Positions 1 through 9,454 of a DNA stretch of 18,102 bases are shown here, piece by piece; position 1 is the stretch's first letter, and every line of letters begins with the position of its first letter. Both the position numbers and the translations under genes were made by a program. A model generated the notes under the pieces. The model saw nothing but the letters and a program-made list of their open reading frames with translations, was not told the DNA's origin and ran no database searches. This stretch comes from Ginkgo biloba. Lineage: Eukaryota > Plantae > Ginkgophyta. The stretch is taken from the NCBI GenBank assembly GCA_024626585.2, contig JANKJI020000004.1:128096831-128114932 (forward strand), read 5' to 3'.

Positions 1-117
1 TTCCATGCTTGTCCCAAGAGTACCACGTGTTGCTGGCCCCCTCCTCCTAGCTGTCAGGCCCACTTCAACCACCCAAGTTGGGGCCACACTAGTACTTGGT
101 CCTCACAGCGATACCAT
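1..117 (-). pseudogene. Possible N-terminus of a retrotransposon gag-like ORF running off the left edge
   Basis: ATG at 117 on the - strand reads MVSL*GPSTSVAPTWVVEVGLTARRRGPATRGTLGTSME. The only stop is a TGA that could derive from CGA. It lies downstream of the inferred LTR at 311-1850. No diagnostic motif is visible. Confidence 0.2.
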
Positions 118-414
118 GCAAGTATATACCACAATAACAGGATTTTTAGACTCAACCAAGCAGTCAAGCACACAGTCTAGTAACCCTCTATGCTGAAAGC
201 AGTGGCATATCATTATCTATCCACACAGAATCTATAACACATNNNNNNNNNNNNNNNNNNNNNNNNNNNNNNNNNNNNNNNNNNNNNNNNNNNNNNNNNN
301 NNNNNNNNNNTTTCTCCTTGCAATGACATCCAGATATTTCTTCTCGCAATCCTTTGGCAATTCTCCTCGAAGAGAGCTCCAAAATCACCTATATGGTTAG
401 TACTTGCAGGGCAA

Positions 415-1125
415 GAGAATTTGGTCAAAGGAGAGAGAGTAGTTTGGTCAAAACCCCAAGGATATCCAGTCAATAGGGAAAATAATATTTTGGTCAGCAA
501 GACTGAGAATATTTCGGTCAAGAAAGGAATATTTGGTCAACTTAATAGGGAATATTCTGATCAAATCAACACAGAATATTTTGATCAACAACATGGAATA
601 TTCCTATCAATAGTAGTAGAGAAGATTCGATAAACAACAGGGAATATTCTGGTCAATAGCATGGAATATTCCGATCAACAACAGTAGAGAATATTCGGTC
701 AACAATAGGATGTACGATCAAAATCAAGTTCGTCTAGTCTACAATAATTGTAGTCAAGTTCGGTCAAAGGGCAGTCTACTGTATGGTCAAGGAAAGTCAG
801 TTTGGCCTGCAATAAATATAGTCCAATTCGGTCAAACAAGGACTGTTGTATGGTCAAAGACAAGTCAATTCGGCCTACAATAAATGTAGTCAAACAAGGA
901 CTATTGTACGGTCAAAGACAAATCAGTTTGGCTTGTAATAAATGCAGTCAAGTTCGGTTAAACAAGGACTGTTGTACGATCAAAGCAGAGATGTACAGTC
1001 AAAAGGTAGAGTTGTACGATAAAAAATAGAGTTGTATGGTCAACTAGCAGAGTTGTACGGTTAAGAGCAGAGAGGTACGGTCAACTTGCAGAGTTGTCTT
1101 GTCAACTAACAATAATTGTAGTCAA
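415..1125. repeat. Degenerate three-block tandem array with a constant (C)GGTCAA core
   Basis: Block A (~415-720): 19-24 bp units, GAATATTY-(C/T)GGTCAA plus a variable linker. Block B (~720-985): a ~67-68 bp higher-order unit (cores at 762/830, 785/852, 910/978; one copy is ~10 bp shorter). Block C (~985-1125): 19-21 bp units, AGAGTTGTACGGTCAA. I counted about 20 exact RGTCAA by eye. Confidence 0.95.
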
Positions 1126-1769
1126 TTAGGAGAAGAAATCGTTGAATGAGGACTGATGGAAATAGGGAGGCTGTACACCCCTTTTTATGATTCCCAAAGG
1201 GACACATGTACTTTAGGTTGGTTCCTTGAGTAGGCTCACGCCCTTTCATTAAAACGTGTAGTTAAAACAGGGTTCTTAGGGTTTATTGTACGCAGACTTA
1301 AGCACTTAGCTTGTTTTTTCTCTTTTCAAGGGTCCCACCAACCAGATTTGTTGCTAACTTTAGGATAAGGAAGCCCTTGATGCAAGGTCATGAAGAAGAC
1401 GTTAGATGATGCTTAAAGTCTATTTAAACCTCATAAACCCTTCTTATACACTAAGGAGAGGCATTTAACCCCCACATAGAACTAGGCTCACTCCCAAGGT
1501 TGCCCAAAACCATAGAAAACCCTTTGTGGCTAAACCTTCCAATTATGCTTTGAACGGGGGCGTTGTAGGTCGAGATAACCTCTTGGCCCTTTCTTTACCA
1601 ATTTTTGCTCTCCTAATTATCCCATTATGAGGTTGAGCCTACATCTGCAATATCACTATTCTAGCATCATCATTAAGTTTTGTCTTAGAGATTTCCTTTA
1701 ATGCTAAGGGGAAANNNNNNNNNNNNNNNNNNNNNNNNNNNNNNNTCCTTTCCCAAAGACTCCTTAGGT

Positions 1770-1837
1770 CCACTTCTTACAGTTGACTTGGTAAATGTCT
1801 TCTTGATCCCACTTCTCACGGTTGACTTGGTAAATGT
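1770..1837. repeat. Direct duplication with a 39-bp period
   Basis: CCACTTCTTACAGTTGACTTGGTAAATGT (1770-1798) and CCACTTCTCACGGTTGACTTGGTAAATGT (1809-1837) differ at 2 positions. Confidence 0.9.
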
Positions 1838-1850
1838 TTGTGTTGTAACA

Positions 1851-2480
1851 CAACATTGCTTCAACACGCTCAACATGTTCTGACCAAGTTTTGCTGCAAA
1901 TCAAGATGTCATCTAAATATACAACAACAAACCTATCAATAACTGGGTGCAAAACATCATTCGTTAATCTCATAAAAGTAGCAAGTGCATTGGTTAAGTC
2001 GAAAGGCATAACCAACCATCCAAACAATGCTTGTGGTGTCTTGAATGCAGTCTTCCAAGCATCTTCATCCTTCTCTTGAACTTGATGATAACCAAACTTT
2101 AAGTCAATCTTTGAGAAATACTTGTGTCCTTGAAGTTGATCTACTAAATTATCAATTTCTGGAAGTAGGTATTGGTTCTTCACAACGACCTTGTTGAGAG
2201 CCATATAATCAATGGACATCCTCTAGGTAACATCTTTCTTAGGCACCAACAATACTAGCGAACCACATGGTGAGGCACTAGGCCTTATATGTCCTTTCTC
2301 CACTAAGTCTTATACTTGTTTTTTGATCTCTTCATCCTTAAGAGTAGAGCTTTGATACAATATGCCATTTGGCAATGGAGTTCCCAATACAAAATCTATA
2401 GAGTGCTCCACATGTCTCCTTAGTGGAATGCTTTTAGGTTCTTCAAAAACATCTTGGTATTGCTGTAATAAATTATCCAT
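1851..2480 (-). pseudogene. Reverse transcriptase domain of the gypsy element, disrupted
   Basis: Reads MDNLLQQYQDVFEEPKSIPLRRHVEHSIDF...KGHIRPSASPCGSLVLLVPKKDVT*RMSIDYMALNK...FSKIDLKFGYHQV...VMPFDLTNALATFMR...VVVYLDDILI. YLDD is at 1908-1919, with in-frame stops at 2310-2312 and 2223-2225. Confidence 0.96.
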
Positions 2481-2649
2481 TTGCTCCTTTTGGAATTCAT
2501 TCTCTAAACATTACATTTGTTTCTTCGCTTGGATTAGGTGAGATTTGCAGTCTTCCCACCCAAAGCACATATTTTTGAGCTAATTTTACCAGGCATTTCA
2601 ATTGGGCAACAAACACTAATGATAAATCAACAATAGAATCACAAGCATT

Positions 2650-3010
2650 AACAGTATATGCTTGACCATTCTTCACAATTCTATATTGATTGATGCGGGG
2701 TTGATATAATGCATCCTTCTGGCATAGATATGGCCTACCCAATATCATATAACAAAAATGAAGAGAAATTGCATTACAATCTATTTTATCCTTTGTAGGT
2801 GAAATTGAAAAGTTTACATTACATTGGTTTGTGACAATAATGTCCTTCCCTTTATGAATCCACTGTAGTACATGAGGTCATGGATGTGGCATCATAGCCA
2901 ACACTAATGATTTTACAATGCTTCCTAACACCAAGTTCTTTTGGCTTCCAAAGTCAAATATGTGTCTATCACAAGCTTCTCATTCACACAAACCTTGGTA
3001 GAAAAGATTT
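2650..3010 (-). pseudogene. Retroviral-type aspartic protease, disrupted
   Basis: Reads IFDFGSQKNLV...MMPHP*PHVLQWIHKGKDIIVTNQCNVNFSI...MILGRPYL. The DSG-type catalytic motif appears as DFG at 2944-2961. Confidence 0.85.
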
Positions 3011-3144
3011 TTTTCCATCTCCCTCTCATCCAATTCAACTTGTTTCGTGAGAATTCATGGAGCTTCAAGATTGGTTACAATCTCTTCCTTCTCCTTTCCT
3101 TTGAACCTATTTGCATGGATTTGTGGAGCCCTCTTTTGCTCGTA

Positions 3145-4210
3145 ACACTCCTCATTAAAGTGATTGGGTGATTTATGCAAATTACACCAATTTGCAGTTC
3201 CTTTGTTCTTGACCTGCCAAGTTAGTTTATTTTGTGTGTTGGCTTGTTAAAGTTCTTGAATGGCACCATTGTTACATATTGTCCCTTCTGCTCAACACAT
3301 TGTTGTTGCTGCTTGGTGGCTAGTGGAGATGAATTTCCACCTTTAGAATTGTTTTTGAAGAAAGAAAACTTTGATTTTACAAACCCACCTTTGCCCATGG
3401 GTTTGCCCTTTGTTAATTCTTTGCCATGGTTTTATTCCTCCACCTTAGCTACAAATCTATAAGCTTCTTCAATGTTGGAAATAGTTACCAACTCCAATTC
3501 AAGTTGTATGTTATGGTGCAGTCCACTTTTGTACTTAAAGATCTTTCGTTGCACCAGATCTTGAATATCCAATTGAATGGATAATGTATGAAATTCATTT
3601 GTATATTCGTTGAGGGTTTGTCTAGGCTTTTGTCGGAATTGCTACCATTCAATGAATTTCTCACCATATATCCTAGTGCATAAAAGTGTTTTCAAATTAC
3701 TCTCTTGAATTCTTCCCAAGCTGTCAGTTGAGGAAGTCTTCCCTCTCTTCTAGCTCTACAATATGTTTCCCACCAATAACGAGCATTTCTAGTAAATCTA
3801 AGTTTAGCAAATATGATTTAATCAACATTTGAAAAGTTTTGCACCTCAAAATAAGCTTCAAGCTGATGTATCCACGAGTACAAGGTATCAACATCTAATT
3901 CACCATTAAAATAAGGAATTTCTAGCTTGGTATCAATTTTAAATGGATTATGGTCTCCAAAGGCTTGTGTTTTTTATGAATAATATGATTCTCCTTTATC
4001 AACTAAAAGTTTTGATTTGAGCATTGTTACAAATTTTTTAAATAACTCTTCTTTTTGAGCTTGAAGAGACTACTATGATCCTCTTCATTATGTTGATCTC
4101 CAATTCTTCCTCCTTTCTTGACATGAATTCTTCTTTCTTATTTTCCCCTTAGCCACAGGGATTAGTTTTTGAACATTTCTCTACTTCTTAAGAGAATATA
4201 GGCTAGGCAT
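3145..4210 (-). pseudogene. Gag (retrotransposon gag domain plus CHHC zinc knuckle), disrupted
   Basis: Reads NPFKIDTKLEIPYFNGELDVDTLYSWIHQLEAYF...ARYWWETY...AWEEFKRVI*KHFY, then WCNLHKSPNHFNEEC at 3189-3145. The candidate start ATG is at 4210. Confidence 0.88.
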
Positions 4211-4246
4211 GACAAGTACAATATCTTTTTCCTTTTATGTGGATCT

Positions 4247-4582
4247 TGTACTGTTGGATAATAATGTTCGCCCACATGTCACTTGTCATANNNNNNNNNN
4301 NNNNNNNNNNNNNNNNNNNNNNNNNNNNGTTGCCTATCTTTAGGTTTGGTTTACTTTAGCTTTCTGCTTTTGCTAAATATGGCAAGCCTACACATGTTGT
4401 ATATATGGCAGCCATGAGCTCATTATGAGCTCTATTCATTTTTAATCATTGTATCATGATGTATCAAGTATTCTGTGTGAATACAAGTGATAGTTTGAGG
4501 GTGCACGATACCCATACATTATTGTCTTCTAATTTCTGTGATTGAGTGATTTCTTGTTACCTGTGTATACCAAATTGTTACA
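4247..4582 (+). mobile_element. Possible solo LTR
   Basis: TGTA...TACA ends, an internal TATATAT near 4400 and an LTR-like T/G-rich tail. The flanks GATCT and GATGG match only 3/5, so no TSD is confirmed. Confidence 0.4.
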
Positions 4583-4779
4583 GATGGCACATGGCAATTC
4601 ATATTTTCCATAAGCAATGGAGCTTCTAACTAAAAGACTAGTAAATATAATTTATAAAAGCTTTAANNNNNNNNNNNNNNNNNNNNNNNNNNNNNNNNNN
4701 NNNNNNNNNNNNNNNNNNNNNNNNNNNNNNNNNNNNNNNNNNNNNNNNNNNNNNNNNNNNNNNNNNTCTGGTACAAAAA

Positions 4780-5145
4780 AATGAATGGATCCCTTCAAAC
4801 ATATGTCAATTCTCAAATGAATCTTGGAAAGAGGAATATTACTAGATATAATATTTATCTTATACATGCTTTGAGGAAAAATTATTTTAAGAAGGGGGGA
4901 CTTGTTATGGACCTGATTACAATAATTAATGATTTATTAAGGGGTCATGACCTTATAGAAAAGGCACATAGGATAATATAAATATATAACCTTATTCAAC
5001 ATCATTCATCAAGCATCAATCGATTATTTATTTGTATATTAGTTGTTGGACTCATATGCTTGGAGACCTGTCGTTTCGAATTGGCTATTTTGGAGATAGC
5101 TCATCTCAAATTGGGTCACGATCCTCCTTGGTTGGTGTCATAATA
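4780..5145 (+). mobile_element. 3' end of a chromovirus-like element: pol tail remnant, PPT and short 3' LTR (4903-5145)
   Basis: FEEKLF*EGG resembles the LEDKxFxEGG pol terminus. The PPT AAGAAGGGGGGA is at 4889-4900. The LTR starts TGTTATG (4903) and ends CATAATA (5139-5145), one C>T change from the inverted CATAACA. Confidence 0.6.
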
Positions 5146-5444
5146 CCTGAATATGGTTAGTTTAACTATGGTTGACACAAATACATCTTAAATTTTATAA
5201 AACTTATATCATATAATGAAACATCAAAAAATGTTTTCTCTGATATTACTGNNNNNNNNNNATATCAACAAGAAAATATGATAAATTCTAATGGTAATTG
5301 TTATCCATGGCTTTGTACTAGAGAGAGAGTGTGTGTGCATGATCACGTGTGTTATAAATTTTCCATTTCATTGTTTTTGCAACTTAGCTTTGAAGTCTTC
5401 ACCAAGAAGATGACTTCATTTCAAATTGTTGTGTTTGATTTCAG

Positions 5445-5532
5445 ATCTGCAGAATCTTCTTTAACGGGAGAACTTGTTACTTTAGAGGAGAAGCTCCTTG
5501 AAAAGGAGCATGCAGAACAGAACCTGAAGAAT
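5445..5532 (+). CDS. Internal exon of the host CW-type zinc finger gene
   Basis: TTTCAG acceptor and AAT|GTAACA donor. Encodes (x)SAESSLTGELVTLEEKLLEKEHAEQNLKN and ends in phase 0, which matches the next exon. Confidence 0.7.
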
Positions 5533-5699
5533 GTAACATCTCTTGATTGAATTGCATGCATAATATCTTATAGGGTTTTGGCTGTTTTGCTATAATAGTG
5601 CATGCAGTTGTGTATTCCTTCAATGGAAAGGTATGTATGTAAATTTTATCATTTTTAATGCTTGGAAAGTCATAATAGTTGTGATAATGGGCATTCCAG

Positions 5700-5854
5700 G
5701 ATGTGTGGCCGAAAGATTGGAAACCTGCAAGTGCACTTCCACCTGGTTCCAGAGAAAATTGGCTTCAATGTCAGAATGTTCTTTATTATGAAGGAGACAT
5801 ATGCCCTGATGGGCGGAAGGCAAAGAAGGATATTATTTGTGGTAAATGGCGCAG
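5700..5854 (+). CDS. Exon encoding the N-terminal half of the CW zinc finger
   Basis: TTCCAG acceptor and CAG|GTATTT donor; 155 nt. Encodes DVWPKDWKPASALPPGSRENWLQCQNVLYYEGDICPDGRKAKKDIICGKWR plus AG. Confidence 0.92.
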
Positions 5855-6076
5855 GTATTTTCAATTCTGTATGTGCTATTAAATTCTCCACACTGCCTGT
5901 GATGTACTGTGTAAACCTATTTCAGAACTGTCACGCAATTCACAATATTTGTGGAAATAATTTGAATATTGTTTGCAGTTCTTTATAAAACACAATCATC
6001 TTTCTATGTTCTCGATGTGAAGATATAGTTTGTGTCCTAAAATCATAGTTTGAAGAGACATTCTTTAGGGAGAACT

Positions 6077-7037
6077 CTACATAGATCCATTATAATGGGC
6101 CTGTCTATGTAAGGTAGATTTAAAGCATGCTAGAGGTGTCTCTAGTCTTTCCATGACTGACGCTCTTGATCCCATAAGTCCTTCCAGAAGAAAAGCCCCT
6201 TTTTCTCTAATTGTCTGCCTACAAGTCTCGGGATCATACCCAATGGACTGTTTGATGATGGAAAAGTTCAGATGGGTGCTGATGCGAGATCCCAACCATT
6301 CCTCAAATCTTCAAAGTGCTAGTGTAACTGTCTAGAGATCACCTGCCAAGCTTTCCATAATCGTTTAAGGATTTGAGAACCTGTTAATGTAAAGGCGACT
6401 GTAGCACCCATAATATCACATAATCAAAATGGACCTTTAATTCCTTTCTTTTGAGTGGCCATAAGAATCTTGTGGCATACTAGGGTTTGCCATGGTGCAT
6501 CCTAAATGGCATGAATCATCCATTTTCTCGCTAAAATTAATCCTTGAATCTTAATGTCAATTATTCCTAGACACTAAGCATCTTGGGAAGAGTGCAGATG
6601 TTCCATGCAACTAAAGTTAGACCCCTATCACCTTTTTGTTTTCCCCATAGAAACTTCCGCATCAACATTTCCATTTGGATATATCTAGCTTTTGATGGAA
6701 AGAGACAAGAAGAGTAGTATATATACATAGATGCCAAACTCCTATCGACCACTATGACCTTTGCTGCCGAAGAAAGATTCTTAAGATGCCATTTTTGAAA
6801 TTTCACTGATAATTTATTCATTGCCCATTGCCACTGATCTCTTGGAGAGACATTAATACCAAATGGAATACCCAAGTATCAAATGATCTATCCCAACTAA
6901 ATGATCTTCCACGACTTGTTCCACCATGATGGTAATGTGTTTTACCCAATTGAAATGACCTCTATCTTTTCTTCACTGACTATTGCCCCTACTGCTTTTG
7001 AGAAAATTTCCAAGGATCTTAATGACCATCAACATAT
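6077..7037 (-). mobile_element. L1-type LINE ORF2 fragment (end of RT and the post-RT region), antisense within an intron
   Basis: Reads LEIFSKAVGAIVSEEK...YLGIPF...KWHLKNLSSAAKVIV...RKFLWG...LVAWNICTLPK...GIIDIKIQGLILARKW...LWKAW. The ends are approximate, and the upstream part runs into N. Confidence 0.88.
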
Positions 7038-7241
7038 NNNNNNNNNNNNNNNNNNNNNNNNNNNNNNNNNNNNNNNNNNNNNNNNNNNNNNNNNNNNNNN
7101 NNNNNNNNNNNNNNNNNNNNNNNNNNNNNNNNNNNNNTTTGTAAGCAGAGCATACTATTTCTTTGTGGAAGGTAGAAACAATTACTCATTGAAGTTATCT
7201 TATACTGAATAACATAGTTCCATGTTCCTGGAATTCAATAG

Positions 7242-7332
7242 GGCTCCCCTCTCTCAAGTCCAAAATGATGAATGGGATTGTTCGTGTGCACTGGTGTGGG
7301 ACCCTTTTCATGCAGACTGTGCTGTACCCCAG
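7242..7332 (+). CDS. Exon encoding the C-terminal half of the CW zinc finger
   Basis: CAATAG acceptor and CAG|GTAAAA donor; 91 nt. The first G completes the split Arg codon, then APLSQVQNDEWDCSCALVWDPFHADCAVPQ follows. Confidence 0.93.
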
Positions 7333-8934
7333 GTAAAAATGATGTTTTTTAGCTAAGTATACTTTCGGCTTTCAGCAGCTCAATTTGGAGACTTGGTGGT
7401 GTATAGTGAAAGTATTTGATGCATATCATGACGTTTATGTCAGTGCCATTGATTCATATTAAATTGATCCCCTTTTTTGTGATATGCCTAGTCAAGAAAA
7501 CCTTTCAAGTTGGATTATAAAACAGAAAAGCATGAGCTAATTACTTGCTACAGTCCTTTTGGGAATCAAACTGTGAGACGTCTCCTGTGCATGGAAATGT
7601 GATCAAAATAAAGCATCAGCTTCATGCTGTCTAGAATCAAACAATTGAGAGGCAACTTTGCGCAATTTATGGTTTGATATGTTTCTGCTTCTGTCATATG
7701 CTAAACTTTCAACTCTGTAGTGTTTATAGGCTTACTTTAGTGTTTAAGTAGGCAAGGGTTTTGCACATTCCTCGTGTGTTCTAATGTCATTTCAAAGACA
7801 AATTTAGAACTTGAGATATTGCTACCAGCAGTTGAATCTTCTTATGGAGAGGATAAAAATGATTATAAATTAAAAAGCTATACTTTTATCAGACACTTTT
7901 TGAAGTCATTGAATATGATGAGGGTTGTATAGGCCTAGTTAGAATAATATAGAGCCAATGGATTGGCCAAAAAACAGATCTATAGTAGGATATCGCATAG
8001 TTGTCGGTGAAAAACATGGTCAGTAAGTAGGTTTCACTTCTTTTGGTCCTGTTTCTGAAACATTTCTAAGATTTTGGCAACTATAGAAATGGTGAAGGGA
8101 TTGCTGTTCTTTTTCTAGTAATATTCATGGCTTTATCTCCATTTGTTGAATCTTTTCGCGGAACCCTTTGTTGAGCTTTTTTTGGTGCTAGTGATTGGTT
8201 AAGGATTTAGGTGCAGACAAAATATTTCTTTCATGCTTCTTGGAACATTGATTGAATGTTCCCCAGAAAACAATGGGAGCATTTGTGATCATACATTGAA
8301 GGGGATTGAGCTGTATAATATTCTTTTATGAGCATTGTCACATGCTTCAGAGTTGCATACGGTGAAGGTGACTAATATATTTGGGTTGGAAATTAGAGTT
8401 CCAGTCAATTATTTATGTGTATGTAGGGATTTTTTGACTGTAAAACAGAATTGCTGATTTTGCTGTCACATAGCCTGCATGTTTTCATGATGAGGGAGAA
8501 GGAATTCACATACGAGATGTGGATAAAATGGTAGCATGCATTTATATTTGACCATTTTCGATTGGAGAGACTAAAATTTTATAGGAACCATTTCCTTTAG
8601 TGGAGTGCCCTTATGGTGTGTGATGTTTTGTATAACCGAATTGTGTTTCTGTTAATGAAGCAGCCTAAAACAGAAGTTTCAGTTCCCTTGGTGAGTTTTT
8701 CCAGTTTCGTTGTGGGCTGCAATTAAATTATTTCTTAGACATAAGAATTCCTTTTGAAGAATCTTAGCATTGAGTTATTTTAAGTACAATAATAGTAAAT
8801 TTAAAGCTGCCTTTGCTTATTACTTATAAAGTTTAAACTGTTTTTCACAGAAAGCTAATGCCAACTCAAGTTGCTTGAATTGGTACTAAATGAAATGTGA
8901 AGATAAGATTTCAAGTCATTTGTCATTTATGCAG

Positions 8935-8982
8935 GAATTGGAAACTGAAGATATTCTAAAGCGCTTAAAAGCCAGTGAAATG
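8935..8982 (+). CDS. 48-nt exon following the CW domain
   Basis: TTATGCAG acceptor and ATG|GTATAA donor. Encodes ELETEDILKRLKASEM and completes the PQ|E motif in phase 0. Confidence 0.9.
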
Positions 8983-9454
8983 GTATAACTACTTTCCCTG
9001 TTTTAAACCATTTTAGTTGACCAGGGTTATAATTTCAATACTGCTAATGCTGCTGCCTTTTCTAAGTTTAGATTTTAGTAATATGTGCTAAATGAAAACT
9101 TCAGTTGTTTCCATTTTACACACATATTGGTAATGAGACATTATGATTTTTGGGTTGAAGAATTGTTGTCATGGTGAAATTTTATCAAAAATGAAAATGT
9201 ATGGAGAAATTGGAATTTTGGTAACCTTTCAAATTTTGTAATTCTATTTGATCTTTTCATGTTATTTCCTTCTTTTAATTTTTCCTCTGGTTTTCACTCA
9301 TGGCTATATATTTGATGAAGTATGAGACTATTTTGNNNNNNNNNNNNNNNNNNNNNNNNNNNNNNNNNNNNNNNNNNNNNNNNNNNNNNNNNNNNNNNNN
9401 NNNNNNNNNNNNNNNNNNNNNNNNNNNNNNNNNNNTATTTTATTTTCCTTTGGA

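Larger units (their letters stand above)
311..1850 (-). mobile_element. Probable LTR (~1.5 kb) of a second retrotransposon nested in the RT of the CRM-like element
   Basis: RT homology ends abruptly at 1851, where the - strand begins TGTTACAAC. The - strand then shows a telo-box AAACCCTAA (1284-1276), a TATA-like CATAAAAAGGGG (1189-1178) and a CT-rich stretch. The far boundary and any PBS are probably hidden in the N run at 243-310. Confidence 0.5.
1851..4210 (-). mobile_element. Decayed Ty3/gypsy (chromovirus, CRM-like) gag-protease-RT, truncated within RT
   Basis: The domains run gag, zinc knuckle, protease, RT on the - strand, with many stops and frameshifts. The gag and protease motifs resemble the CRM lineage (assignment from recalled motifs). 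Confidence 0.92.

Noticed and set aside
105-116. TGGTATCG on the - strand as a tRNA-Met PBS
   Set aside because: Only 7 nt match TGGTATCAGAGC, and no supported LTR end is adjacent.
421-1029. Short ORFs over the array (421-633, 699-893, 802-1029)
   Set aside because: They are by-products of the repeat. Unit lengths do not preserve frame.
415-1125. CRISPR-like repeat-spacer array next to a reverse transcriptase
   Set aside because: The repeats are only ~14 bp and degenerate, the linkers are ~5-10 bp and related to each other, and there are no cas genes. The RT is an ordinary decayed gypsy RT in a eukaryotic intron.
5574-5630. In-frame 57-nt extra exon
   Set aside because: It would require a 41-nt upstream intron, which is too short for typical plant splicing.
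5662-5988. 108-aa + strand ORF and 73-aa - strand ORF
   Set aside because: They are off-frame and antisense shadows of the real exon at 5700-5854.
7333-8934. Possible hidden exons or RNA genes in the 1.6 kb intron
   Set aside because: The flanking exons join directly as PQ|ELE, and I saw no recognisable structure by eye.
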